From: the human T2T-CHM13v2.0 reference genome, Homo sapiens
Assembly: GCF_009914755.1 (NCBI RefSeq)
Contig: NC_060940.1
Length of the DNA stretch: 64,000 bases
Reading direction: 5' to 3' (one strand)
Position numbers and translations under genes: made by a program. Position 1 is the first letter of the stretch. Each line of letters opens with the position of its first letter. This document shows positions 1 to 15,190 of this stretch, in pieces. The notes below the pieces were generated by a model. The model was not told where the DNA came from. It saw nothing but the letters and a program-made list of their open reading frames with translations, and did no database searches.

Positions 1-935
1 TCTTTGCACCCAATTCCTCCTTGCAGTTACTGCAACTCGCCCCTCTGGTTTGGTTCTGCACTCAGCTGAAGGAGCTTTAACCCTCCATCCTCTCCTAACC
101 ATCCCCGCATTAGGACGGTGAGGCCCCCCTGTCCCAGACAAACAACCTTCCCTTTGGCCTCTGTCACTTGTTAGTTCTCTATCAGCTGAAGTTCATCTCA
201 TCCTATTCCACCCATTATGCCAGTGTCAAGAGGGAGGTGTGGCAATGAAGAGGACAAATCCTTACCTCTAGCACAGACAGAAAGGGCCACCATCAAGGAT
301 GGCTTTAGCGTCACAGAAAGAAATCCACCTGCTTGTCACCCTCAACCCAGGGACCATGGTGACAGCCAGTACCACACGAACCTGAGTGTGGCCAAACCTA
401 CCTACAGCCTTATGGAACGACCGTCACTCCCAGCGCTCTCTTCGTACCTGGCTTTCTTCCTATGAAATTGCCTTGTGTGATCAAAAATGAATCATAAAAC
501 ATTTGTTTCAGATTGTTACATGCTGTACAGTTTTTAGAACAGGATATTCTATTTTAGGATATCTAATCCTAAAAACTCTGGGAGGCAAACACCTTCACTT
601 TACAGCTGACGTTACAGGGTCTGAGGCTGATACCTGTCAGGGCTGGGGACAGAGCAGACTCTCCCCAGCCTGCTTCCTGCTCTGTCCATACCAGGCTCCT
701 CAGATTAGAGCACTAAGTCCATATATGGTAAAGCTGCTAGAAGGACTCGACGAAATGATTAGTATCTAAGGCACTATACTATACATGAAAATTACAGCAA
801 GTATATCCACACATACACACACATCAGAGTATATGTGTATATTTTTAGGTATATGTGTATCTATGTATATGTTGTGTACATAAATAGAAGCTGGCATCTA
901 TCTGTCTACAACAAGAATAGAAGATATGAACATAG

Positions 936-1293
<358 letters not shown>

Positions 1294-4200
1294 TCACATT
1301 ATTTATAAAATCAAAATTTCAGGTTAATGATTTCCCAGAGACCTAATTTCCATGGCACTGATATAGTTGATGCGTCTCTGAGCCTGTTTTATACATGTCA
1401 TATACAGACACCACCAGGAGCACCCAGGAATTAAGACCATTCCACAGCCTACAACATCGCTTCCCAGATCTCTGTCATGACCTCATCAATCTCAAGTCTC
1501 TCTCCTTGGTAGTAGATGAAGTAGATGAAGTGGGAGCTAATGAAAAAGCTAAGGAAATCAGCACCACTAAGAAAATGCCAATACTCATTCCCGATCAACA
1601 TACACAGTTGACTGTTTTCATCCTACTTTGAATTGCCTCGTCCTACCACGTTCAAGACGCGGCTACTGGGCAGGTCCACGTCTTTAAGTTGTGTACAATG
1701 CCTGGTTCACAACACGATTACTCATTACATGTCAAAATAATAATTATCACAGATGGCGAATTCACAAGTGGGTTAGCCGTCGGCTGTAACGGGCTAGCTA
1801 GCACTTGCCCCAGGCACTCAAGTTCAGCAGTCAAAATGCTATAAAACACACTGTTCTTTCTTCTTGTTATTTATTTATTAACATCAAGGAGAGGCTCACA
1901 TTTTGTCTTTCAGAGTTGGTTGCAATAGGTTAGACCTCTTTGAAGCCACATAAAACAATTCACTTTGTATTATGTAACTAAAACTTAAACGACTTTAGAT
2001 TTGATGACGCTATACTGCTATCCCTCCTTGTTCCCTGCAACCCAGCTCCCTCTGTTAAACAGGGCAGCTCTGGGGCAACACCGCAGGCCCTTCCTAGGAA
2101 TAGTTCAAGAAAACAGCCTCTGATTTCCTACAAGGACGGTCACTGACTGTAAAACTACAAGAGGAGGTAAGAAAGTACTACAGCCCAAGGGTTCCTCAAC
2201 CCAGGCTCCTGTTATACACCTGCCTTTGTGTCCACAGTGAAAACAACATGGAAGGAACTGGTTATGGGTTTTGACATAAGTTGTTTCAAGCCAGCAGATG
2301 GGATGAGATGCTGCTTCCATGACAAAGTCACCCTGGATATTCTCAGGCCGAATGAGGGTGAGATGGTACCAGGCCCACAGAGAGGCCGCGGCTGGGTGCG
2401 CAGAACTACGACACCAGCCCTAAGAAGCCAACAGGCTGTTGAATGCCAAGCCTGAACTATTAATTTGCATATGACATCAATTCTGCTGTCAGTGTGTTAA
2501 TGTGTGATTAATTCTGTCATGGGTTAGAGCAAGGAGAATTAGTTAATTGTCAGAAACCCTTCTCGTTCACTCTCGTTTAGCCCCCGCCTCCCTTTAACTT
2601 CCTTTTTTCTCTTCTTATTAAACTAACCTCCTGGGTTTTCTTCCTCTGGGCACTTCTGTCCTATGGGACTTCAGTCCCATTTCCTCCTACCCTTTACAGA
2701 AACGCACCTATAGACCCAAAAACGGAGAAGGCAGATGGGTCTTACTCCGGCGCCCCAGCTGGCAAGTCTGAACTCTGTCCAGGCAGTCACGGGGGTGGTT
2801 TGGGAAGGCCTTACAACGGGGACACACAGGTCCCATTCATATTTGCGGTCAACTGCCAATGCCAGTGATACCTGGATACATTGTACAATCTGTGCTTTGT
2901 GTGCTGTGCAAATAACCTGTGGGGCTGGAGCAAGCTGGAATGTGGAGTTAACACAAAGCCATTGCTGTGCTATCGAAATCGGTCGTGAGGCTGCCCACTC
3001 TTCCCCCACTTCCCAGAAGCTGGCCCACTTCTTCCTTCCTACCAATCCTTGCCCACCGTCAATGCAGCTGTAGAGTGAGTCAACTGCGCTTTTACCCTGT
3101 CAACGGTTCCATCACTGAGCTAGCTTATACTTTTTAAACACAAAGTTCAACACAAAGAACCTTGAGGTCCCTAACTCTGGAAAGGGCAAGAGAATTCTAG
3201 AGGCCCCTGAATGCCAGGAAATTTCAGGAGGTACAGGCATGTCACAGGTCAGGCTAAATGGTCCCCAACCACCGCAGCAATGCTGCATACGCACGCTGTG
3301 GGGTCAAGGACAGGTGATCCTGATGGTCACATTTCCCAGGTTTGCTAACAGGCAGCCCATACCTGTGTCCACTTAACCCCGTCCCGTGTCTTTCCCTTAT
3401 CTTGAGTTGCCTTTCACTTTGAAGCAATGAGGAAAAAGGAATGAATGAAAGCAAATGGACCCGCACAATCATCTACAATAGTCCAGAATTTGTCTAATTT
3501 ATAGGGCTGGGAAACCAAGTGTCACCTTCGGGCCTACTCCTTCCCTGACCAAACTGCCCAGAGGGGCTGGAACGGGCACCAGCCAAGGGTGGGCAGTGAC
3601 CATAGCTTTTACGTCCTCTTGAAGACAGGAGGAAAATGCAAAGAGGCACAGACTGCTACTCCCCTGTCCCCCACTACTCATTATATAACACATGTCAGTT
3701 TCTTGAAAGGGCCCTATATTTGTGCACGAAAGCATGTTCCCAAGAGTTAACTTATAATTATTACAATAGAGAGGAAGCAGGTAACTGAGACCTATTTTCA
3801 CGTTACAAACAAAATTCTGTGATCTATTTAAAAAGCACAGGCCTCCCTTTTTATCTTGGAAGTCACTGTTTCTTTTAATTTGGAAACACATCTATCAACT
3901 GAAACCTTTAAAAACTTAACAAGGAATAATGTTGTTATGGGTCATGATTATTCTAATGTCTTATCATTTTATTTTGCATATGCCCTTATAGCTAAACTCA
4001 AACTAGATGCTAGAATATAATTGCCCATAGTAACCAACTAAACAGTTCCCCTAAGCAATGTGTATTTTTGCGTCTCTGTCTCTCTCACACTCTCACTCTA
4101 TCCTGCCCGCCCACTCGCTCCCCTTCCCAAGTAACAAAAGCCAGATAAATCCATGGAAGAGGTGAAAGAGCTACAGCGACTCCACTTTCCAAACACTTGT

Positions 4201-5876
4201 GTGTATTACAACTCTTTAAAAATGAATTACAGAATCCACTTTGAAAAACATATTCGGGCCCTTGTGGAAGTTACCAGTCCTTTCTCAAATGAGCTGGAAG
4301 TGTCTCTGATCAACATGAATTGGGGTTCCTTCTTCCTTTTCGGAGTATGGATACTAATTGTTTTAATATGGGCATTATTCGCACATGAAACTAGAATTGC
4401 TCAGCACGTGGGAGATAGGTCCCGACCACCCATGGGCATCAAAGATCCCATGACATTTCTGTAAATCAGCCAAATTCCAACACAGACAGCAGGCCCAGCA
4501 GTTGCTGTATTCAGATGAGGGGCGATTACATGCTCCTGCCTCTCCTACACAAAGCAGAGACCAATGTTTCTACTCCTGGCCCGTTCTCTGGGTCTATCCT
4601 GGCCAACCTCCTCTGGGCACAGCCCATCAGACCTCCAGATGGCTAGTTCTCTCTAGACCACTGACATCCTACACACAAAGGATTACCAAGAAGCCAGCTC
4701 CCCCAGGTTTACGAAATTTATAGGAAAGTCTCCAATCAAGAGGTCAGGAGACAGAGAACAGGGTGTTAGGAACCATGAGCTGGAGGAGAGTCCCAGCATA
4801 GGGGCTTCTCAGCTGTTCTCACTTGAAATTACCTCTAAAAATCTATTTCCATATTTCTTCCCTGGAATTTCACTTTTAGAATTTGAACATTCAGAACCTT
4901 CAGGTCTCCACTCCTTCTTCACTTGGTCAGAGAATTTCACTTGGTCAGTTTCACTTGGTCAGACATTGGTTAAAATAAAATAATTTCCATTTTTAAACAG
5001 TAGTAAAAAATTTTTATTTAAATTTGTTTAGACCCACACCAATGAGTCTTCTCCCTGTGTCACAGTAATCCTTCCTCCTTGTCTTCCTTCTCTCTCAATT
5101 TCTCAATACCCATCGAGTCTTTCCTTAACAATCCTCCCGATTCATTCTCCCGCTGGGATGGCCAAGTTCTTCTGAGGGCAACACCTGCTCCAGGCCGTGC
5201 CCCCTTGGCCTCCTGATTTGCCTTGGAATCTGGAATAAGTCAGTTCTTCTCCAGGTGCAGGTGATGGGGGAAGTGACATCACACCTCACAAAAGGAGGAT
5301 TTGGGGGAACGTTCAGCCACCGATGCCCTCAATAAAAATATCTCGTGACTTGGACTCAAAGGCAGTGGCCTTCCCAGCGGCCCGCGAGGGGCTGGGAGGT
5401 TCCCAGCATGGCACTGGGGCTGGCAGCAGGCCCTCCGCACAGCCCCCCGCCCCTCCGGAGCCGCCCGGGGGAGCTGCAGCAGCCTCTCTGCGCCAGGCAC
5501 ACTCCCAGCATTGTGCTCCCTCCAGCGCGCTCTCCCCCACCAAAAACCCTGAGGCCTCCGGAGTGTACACTAACCACAAGCCTTTGAGTGGCTCATGTAT
5601 TTACAAACTGAGGCATGTCGAAATCAAAGGGGATACCACATGACATAATTCGCATTAAAATGTCAACAGGCTGACAATTTATAGAGTCAATCCACGGAAG
5701 GTGGGGAGGACTAAGACTCAGTAATTGTTTAATTCCTGCTGAAACCCACGGCCACTGTGCCTTTGGAAGCTGGGATGCGCCAGAGGCCTCCAGGCTGCAC
5801 AGTGCCCCCTGGGGCTGGCACCGTGCCAAGGCCAGGCAACGGGTTTAACCATTTAGGGTGCTCAATGATGTGGAGG

Positions 5877-6048
5877 ATGGGGGGAGGGGAGGGGGAGGGG
5901 AGAGAGGGAGGGGGAGGGGAGAGAGGGAGGGGGAGGGGAGAGAGGGAGGGGGAGGGGAGAGAGGGAGGGGGAGGGGAGAGAGGGAGGGGGAGGGGAGCGA
6001 GGGGGAGCGAAGGGGAGCGAGGGGGAGCGAGAGAGGAAAGGGCTTAAG
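5877..6048 (+). repeat. GA-rich minisatellite (about 19-bp unit GGGGAGAGAGGGAGGGGGA, then GGGGAGCGA units)
   Basis: Read directly. The segment from 5879 to 5997 contains only purines. Confidence 0.92.
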
Positions 6049-6492
6049 GGGAAGATGGAAAGAGCGGGTAGGAGGTAGGAGAACAGGTCTTTCCACAATG
6101 TGTGCCCAATTGACAAAATGGCTTGGGTTGGTCCCAAAGAGGGAAAGTTGCTGTTGTACCCCTGATATTCCCTTTGCTGTCCATGCATCCAGGACTGGAG
6201 ATTTGAATACATGCAAAAGCGCCCCCACCACAACCCCTCGGCCCAAGTCTTGGTTTCCTGGCTGTTCTCTGGCAGCACCCGGCTCACCAAGGCACCCTAA
6301 GGAGGGGTCAGCGGTGTTTATGATAGGCCCCCAAACTCTAGGCCCAAGCTCCACAGATAAGCAAGAACCAAGTCATGACCCAAACCAGATGCCTGTTCAT
6401 ATAAGATTACCCCTGGAAGACTCTTTGATCTCTTTTACCTCCCTCACCAGTAGCACTGTTCTGATCCACGTAAGATAAAATACAAATTCTTA

Positions 6493-7070
<578 letters not shown>

Positions 7071-7716
7071 CAAATTCTTACTGCTTAACTCCACCTGGAT
7101 TTTTGATATTGGTTCTACCTATATGTTAAATTAACTGACCCTTGCTTGGGGAGAGGTCCACCCGGGGGTGAGGGACTGGTGAAAGGGATGCAAAAGCTAA
7201 GTTTGAAAAAGCTCTGGGGGTGAAGTGTTTGATCAGCTCCCTCAAATGCACCCCAAGCTCTAAGCCAAGTTTAATCTTTTCATCATTACATGAGAACGAT
7301 ATGTCTAGAGAACACAAATGGTAGAAATAAGACTATTTGGCAAAGCTTACAGGTCATCATCAGGATCTGCATTCCTCAGCCAGGAAAAACTGTGTTCTGA
7401 AAGGTGGCCTCGCCCTGTGGCTCTTGCCCCAGAGGATGCCTGGGGCCACGCGGGCTGCGACAGGGCCCTCCACGCAAGCTGGCTGTACATAAACAGTAAC
7501 ACCTCATTCTCTCTTCTACCTCATTAACCGAAACACATTAAAACAAGTGTGCACTGGGAGCAGAAAATGAGACTGTTAAACCAAGCTGACATAATCCTCA
7601 TCAGCTGTGGGAAAGGAGACCGCATCAATTATGCTGAACCGAATGCAGTCACATGGATGTGCTGGGCTCCCAGCCCCCCAGCATGAAAAGGAGGACAAGA
7701 GGAAAAGAAACGTTCA

Positions 7717-8063
<347 letters not shown>

Positions 8064-9198
8064 CTAACAAACACAGCTTCTCGCCCATTTTTGTCACCCC
8101 AAGGGAGGGGAGCGGCATCTGATCAAAACACCCCTTTATGGTTCTTCTGCACCTAAAAATCTTTGCCAAACTATTTGGAATTGGAGGGGAAAAAAGAAAA
8201 ATAAACATAAGCTTAAAAAAAAAAGAGGACGGGCGATAAGGAGATAATGGATTCTGTGTGATCTCTTGCAGACAGATTTTATAAGTGCAAAGTATCTCGA
8301 GGCCCAAAGTCCTAAGACCCGAAATGATCTGAACACAACCCGCTTGTGACATAATGGCAAGGATGCTTCAGAAATTAAAGGGCTATGGAGCAGACAATAG
8401 CAATTGAAAGCTACACAGCTATAAAACACAGCCAGCACTTAGCTCTTTCAGCCACTGCCAATAGTGAATAACAGATCAGAACTGATACATTTAGAAATAC
8501 TCATAAAACCTACTACGGAAGAAAACAAAAATAATGCCTGTACATTGCCAAAATAAGGAAGATTACGGTTCTGGTAAGAATAAATGACCAAATCATTACC
8601 TACACGTAAGAAATGCAAAAGACTTGTATATGACAGTCATAAAATGTAAAATGTGGTACAAGGTGCCATCACTGAGCCGTACCCCACATCCTGGACGTTA
8701 CAATATCATATTTGATAGTAATAACTAACTCACGTGAAATGAGTATTGCTATGCAAAACTTTCTTTTGCATTTCTTCATTTGTGTTCAAATTTGCAACCT
8801 TAACATGTTTATTGCCACTGATTTGCATTTCATTTCATAGGTGAAAGTTTCCAAACATAAGCTGTGGACTTATTTCTTATACACCTCTTGACACCAGCAT
8901 GAAACGTATGTTGCCAAAACTCAGTCCTCCTAGTACCCATTCAATTCACCATTCACATTACAAAGAGCTGCTCTGTTTTTCAAGTATACTTTCCAGATCC
9001 ACTTATGCATCTAATCATCAGGCAGGTCATGAGCTTGGTGAGATTTTGTTTCTGTTGCACATACTTCGCACATCGTTTCAGATGTTAAAGACGGTTTCGC
9101 ATTAAGTTCTCCTTCTTTCAAATCAAGAAGGGAGGCATTTCCTCCCACTTGTTGACTCAGAGCTGTAATCAGAGATTCTGGGATTAGCCATTTATTTC

Positions 9199-9201
<3 letters not shown>

Positions 9202-9245
<44 letters not shown>
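9202..9245 (+). repeat. (AC)22 microsatellite
   Basis: Read directly. Confidence 0.97.
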
Positions 9246-9248
<3 letters not shown>

Positions 9249-9425
9249 TCAGCTTTCAAAAGAGGTCGGGGGAAGGGAGAAAACAATCATGACTTCAGTA
9301 GCCAAGGAGATTAACTTCCAACGTACCGACAGGGAAGAGGAGGGATGCACCATTTAAAAAAAAAAAAAAAAAAGTTTCAGCTGGAGAAAAATTTTGGAAT
9401 ATTTTAAATTAATGGGTAACAAAGG

Positions 9426-9439
9426 GTTGCCATGGAAAC
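9426..9439. promoter_or_regulatory. RFX X-box motif GTTGCCATGGAAAC
   Basis: One mismatch from the palindromic consensus GTTGCCATGGCAAC, in non-repeat DNA. Confidence 0.55.
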
Positions 9440-10619
9440 AGTTTTGCATACTTGACTGCAGGTGCTCCCTACAGTGAAGGGAGATTGGGATGATACAGCC
9501 ACAAGCAAGGACACTGATGTGAACATTAAAGTGAGATTCCTAAGGCAATGTTAAGTCATCCGAGCCACGGACACTGTGGTTTTCGATACAAATGAACTCA
9601 CTTATGCAACGAGGGTATGTGAGCTTTGCAACACCAGCTAACACTCACTTGCGTCCAGAAGCTGTTCCCCCTTTTACGATATTCTGTGGTATTGCCAAGG
9701 TTACAAAATGTAAACAGATACAAACACGAACCATAACAAGAACCAAAGTCAAATATATTCTCGTTTTTCCATCTTTGTCCTCTAAGCTGTGTATTTCTAG
9801 ATTGTGGCTTTATTTTTTTAGAGTGAATATGCACTAGCTTTAATCAGAAAAATATACATGTAAGGGAATGAAAACTACCAAGGAGTATAGTTCCCCTGAG
9901 TGTCCTGTGTACTCTATGCCAGTTTCCAAGCCTACGTTCTAACTTGCATCTAATTTTGGTCACATAAGGGAAATACATGTGTGTTGATGCTTGCAGGAAG
10001 TCCTATTTAAAAAGAAACAAACAAATACTGAAACCTCCCAGGTTATGTGGGACAATATGATAAAATTATGTCAGTGAAGGTAACATCATTTCCTTCTCAC
10101 AACGGATGATGTCTTAGGTACTTCTCAGGGAAGGGGTGGAGCAAGCCATAGCCACAATGCAGCTGGACTTGAATCACTTTCTAATTTTCCTGAGTACTTC
10201 ACTAGATCACTTTTTGCTCCATTACTTAGGAGAGGAGATGGAGATATCCCTTTGGGAAAAAAAAAAAGTCCTACAAACACACACTTAGTGCTTGAAGGAG
10301 ACTTAGTGAGGAATCCAAGCTCCACCTCCTTCAGATGAGGCCACTACAGATTGGCCAAGGTTAAATTACTGGCTCAAGGTCATTTCACTAAACATCGGTC
10401 ATAATCTCTCTTCAGGGAAATTCCATCTCCCTGCTCCGCACCAAAAAAAAAAAAAAAAAAAAAAAATCCACTGACCTTTCCATTCTCCAAACCAACAGCG
10501 TGTCAAGTTCAAAGCTAATTAAAACCAAATTATAAAAATAACGTCAGTTGTGTGGTCTAAGAAGACGATGGGAAATCTAATGCAGAAAAGCAGAGTCCTT
10601 AACACCTTTCTGATGCTAT

Positions 10620-10778
10620 ATGCAGACTGCGTCTAGGTGCATTTCATGTATTATCTCATTTAAGTCATTCGAGAGTCCTATCAAAGCAAGTCATTCTATT
10701 AGCCCATTTTACAGATGATGAACAAACAGGAATTAAGTCCCAGGAGCTGGGATTCAAACCCAGGCAGCCTGACACCAG
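10620..10778 (-). mobile_element. MIR
   Basis: TATCTCATTTAA..CCCATTTTACAGATGA..GAGCTGGGATTCAAACCCAGGCAG. Confidence 0.8.
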
Positions 10779-11522
10779 GCATCTTCTCCCTCCTTAAAAC
10801 CCCAAGAGCTATCTGGGTTTCCTTTAAGACGCATGGACATCCTATCTTAAATTTTTCTAGTCTGCAGCACCCACTGAGCCCCACTCCACCTGCCACACCA
10901 ACATGTGCCCGGCATCTCGTGGGCATCCAGACACCTCCTGAATGGTCAGATCCCATTAGATTTCCATGGCCTCTCCCGCAGTAGCTTGAGCGCTCTTAAC
11001 CAGGTATGTTACTACCTCTAGTGAAATGTATGCCCTCGTCTGCAAAAACAGAAATAACCAATCTGAGCCCTGTCTTCAGAGACACAACAGATCATCATTA
11101 CTACTCTCCCAGAGGAGTAGGAAGGTGGAGGGGAGGACAGCAGGGATTGAGAAGAGACCTCGAAGCTTCTACACAGTGGAGCCGAGAGAGGAGAGAACAT
11201 TTCACCATTAGGTTTTAGTATTTTACCCTCACATTGCATTATGAACATCTCCAACCAAGGAGATGAGTTGAAAAAAAAATCATACAGTAGACACTTAAGT
11301 ATCCACCACCCAGCTGCTGAAATTAATGCTTTGCTGTCTATTTTACAGCCTTCTCTTTATCCTGCTATCAATGTGCCTTACATCTTTTATTCATTCCAAA
11401 GTAAACTGCAGAAGCAGTACACTCCACCCCTCCCCCTACTCCAGCATGCACAGCCTCAACTACAGTTTTCTTTTTGTTTATGGGTTTTTATTGTAGTTTT
11501 ATTATTTTAATAGATCACGTGA

Positions 11523-11908
<386 letters not shown>

Positions 11909-11934
11909 ACAGCTTTCTTTTAAAAGTTAGAGTA

Positions 11935-12229
<295 letters not shown>

Positions 12230-12537
12230 AGAGTAGTATCCACAAGTATGTGAGAAGAAGTTCCAGTTATTAAAATTATTTTAGTACCATAGCCACAGGT
12301 TCAGTAAGTACAAGAATGAATCTGCCTTTGTCCTCTGTCTAGTTCACCTTTCTATATGATTCTACCCTCTTTAAATCTTGCTCAAACTCCAGCTTGCCCC
12401 TCCCTCCCAGAGGTCTTTTTGGATCTAACCAGTTGGGTGTGGCTGCTCCCTCCCTTCACCTTCATAACTCTTGTGTCCGCATTTGACGGCTCTTACTGAA
12501 TGATCAATTCCTCTTTGTATTACGTATCACAGTAATA

Positions 12538-12942
12538 CAGTTTCTTAAACTGTGGATCATGACCCATTAGTGCAGTGGTTCTCAAACTGCAGCCGCACAT
12601 CAGAATCCGACAGTAAATGAAACCACAACCTCTGGGGGTCAAGCCAGGCAGGCGTAGTTTTTTAAAGGCCCCTGGGCTAAGAGTCGCTGGATTACGAAAT
12701 CAGGATCATGTCAGGGGATCATGAAATCCATGCTGTGAGTACAACCAGCATTTGTAAAACAAAACAGAATTGAATGTAATAGAAAGCATCAGAATGTAGC
12801 ACCTGCAGTAAGGATAAAATCATTCTGCACAATTTCTGTTTTAGTCAAATATACAGAATATCTAGCTATATGTATGTGCTGGGTCACTCATGTAAAATGC
12901 ATTTCTTTTTAGATTATCGTCAACAAAGTTTAAAAGTCACTG
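12538..12942. mobile_element. Nested hAT-Charlie MITEs (MER5A-like at about 12573-12690 inside an older element)
   Basis: Two CAGT(G/T)(G/T)(T)TCT(C/T)AAACT-type termini at 12538 and 12573. Distal terminus AAAGTTTAAAAGTCACTG. Confidence 0.55.
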
Positions 12943-13249
12943 CCCTAAAGAAGCAAGGACGTTATCCTGCGCATAGCGGGTGCTCAAGGACGTGTGGCTT
13001 GTACATGGGACAGGAGGAGAGAAGCAGGTCAGAGCTTCTCTCACTGGGAATATGTTCTGCCACCAAAAATGTGGTTCTCAGGGCGGGGGACAATCAGATA
13101 TGGGACTAAGTAAGCATCATTCAGACAAAGACGCTCGCCCAAGGATAAGGGAACGAAAGCAGGAGAGGAGCCTCTAGGGAAACTGAGGGAGGAGGCGACT
13201 CGGGGCTGCCCCTAATCTTTAAATTTCTATGTTTAAGATTCCGTCTTTT

Positions 13250-13540
13250 GGCCGGGTGCGGTAGCTCACACCTGTAATCCCAGCATTTTGGGAGGCAGAG
13301 GCAGGCGGATCGCCCGAGGTCAGGAGTTCGAGACCAGACTGGGCAACTTGGTGAAACCCCATCACTACTAAAAATACAAACATTAGCTGGGCATGGTGGC
13401 ATGTGCCTGTAGTCCCAGCTACTCGGAAGGCTGAGAATCGCTTGAACTCGGGAGGGGGGGGTTGCAGTGAGCTGAGATCACGCCACTGCACTCCAGCCTG
13501 GGCGACAGAGTGACACTCTGTCTTAAAAAAAAAAAAAAAA
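13250..13540 (+). mobile_element. AluS
   Basis: Dimer with poly-A. TSD-like TCCGTCTTTT / TCCATCTTTT. Confidence 0.92.
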
Positions 13541-14091
13541 TCCATCTTTTGCCATCAAATCATCAGGCGACACTTGCTGATAGTCTACCTAATATCCCCA
13601 AGACCCTGGGAAGGCTACAAAGTTGGGTGAGAATAAACAGATCCCACCGGTAAGGATCTTACAACTAAGCAGAGAAGAAAGACCACTAAAAATATGGTCT
13701 ATCATAAGAATGGGAAAGGAACAAGGCATTTTGATGAGAGTGCTGGGGAGAAAGAGCAGTGATTTTAGTTGGCAGAATTTGGGCGGACAGAGCCGAAACT
13801 CACGGGTGGCCAGCAGCACGTGGGAATTTTCAAAGTAATTTGACACCAGCTGCATGATCTTGCCAGGGCTGTGTCTCAGGGGTCAGTACAGGAACAGAGC
13901 TGTGTGTGAAGCTGATGGTAAATGACCTGGGCTGCAGAAGCTCTGCAATGACCTGGTCCACACAAGCCATCCACTTTACACCAACATATGCCTTAGGGCT
14001 CTACCTTATGAAATGCCAAGTGTGCGCATGAGGCTGTTGTACCTGTTCTAGCACAGGGCAGAAGCACGGCATGCTCTGCTGGTACCCTATG

Positions 14092-15190
14092 GTTCAATAT
14101 TTATTGAGCTGGTGTCACACACTGTTCTAAGCATTAGGGACAGAGCTGTTAATGGGGCAACGTAGGTCTCTGCTGTCTTGGCAGACAACTAAATTAATGA
14201 ACAGACAAGAAAAATAAATATAATCACTGTCAATGCAGAGAAGTTATCTTGAGTGAAGTGATGGTGTAGCTCCTTGAGACTGGGTTGTCAGGGAAAGCCT
14301 CTTTGACGACCAGATATTGAATGAGAGCTGAATGTCAAGGTCAAGGAGGTACATACACTCAGTAGAACAGCAAGTGCAAAGGCCCTGTGGCAGGCGCCAG
14401 CTTAGCATGTTGAATGAACAGAGAAGGCTGCTGTGGCTGCAGTGTAGGGGGCAAAGGGGAGAGGGTTGTAAAATGAGGTCAGCATGGTGGGAGGAGTTCA
14501 GATCACAAAGGAGCTTGTAAGCCACAGTACAAAGGTGAGCTTTTATCTTAAGTGAGGTGGAAAGCCTTTGTGGGGTCTTTGCAAGAGAGTGATATGACCT
14601 GATTTTCCTCTTCGTAAAATCCCTGTATGGAGAGGGGATTGTAAAGGGCAAGAGTAGAGGCGGGGGAGAGTTGAAATACAGAGAGACGATGGGGGCTGGC
14701 CTGGGAGGGTGGTGGTGCAAATGTATTTTTGAAGGAAGCACCCACAGAACTTGCTGATGGTTTGGCTGTAGGGGAGCAAAAGACAAGGAGCCCCACAGAT
14801 AGTTCCCAGCTTTTTGGGTTAAGCAAATGATATGCTGGAGGTGGCCCTAACCGAGATGGGGGAGCCCATAAGCATTTGGGGGTTCTGGTCACAGAGTCCT
14901 TTCTGCACCATGCTAAGCCTGCGGAGTTCATTCTCAGACATTCGAATGCAAATGCCAGGTGGGGAGCTGGATACAGGAAGAGGCCTAGGCTAGGGACAGA
15001 TTCAGATGTCATCAGAAAGTAGATGGGGTTTAAAACCACTGGACTGAATGAGATACTTAGGGAGAGTTACAGACAGAAAAAAGAAGGGGCTCTGGGACAA
15101 GCCTGGGGGCATAATAACACTCATCGTGAAGTCACAGAAGAGAAGCCAACAGAGATAGACAAAGGGCAAGAGTGGCAAAGGCGGCTGAAA
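14092..15190 (-). mobile_element. L2 LINE relic (about 1.1 kb)
   Basis: AATATTTATTGAG..CACTGTTCTAAGC start, then the typical L2 blocks GTCAGGGAAAGCCTCT, CAAGTGCAAAGGCCCTGTGGCAGG and GTGATATGACCTGATT. Confidence 0.8.

Noticed and set aside
1300-1730. Non-repeat stretch that looks coding-like (78-aa + ORF, hydrophobic - strand frames, 9-bp duplication GTAGATGAA)
   Set aside because: I cannot match it to any protein family, and there are multiple stops, no poly-A/TSD and no convincing splice pair. A tblastx or Dfam search would be needed to call a pseudogene or ancient repeat.
5845-6478. 142-206 aa ORFs with GEREG or PSLP repeats
   Set aside because: Translations of the GA-rich minisatellite.
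14244-15039. 180-aa and 163-aa - strand ORFs
   Set aside because: They lie within a decayed L2 element and have no intact RT or endonuclease motifs.
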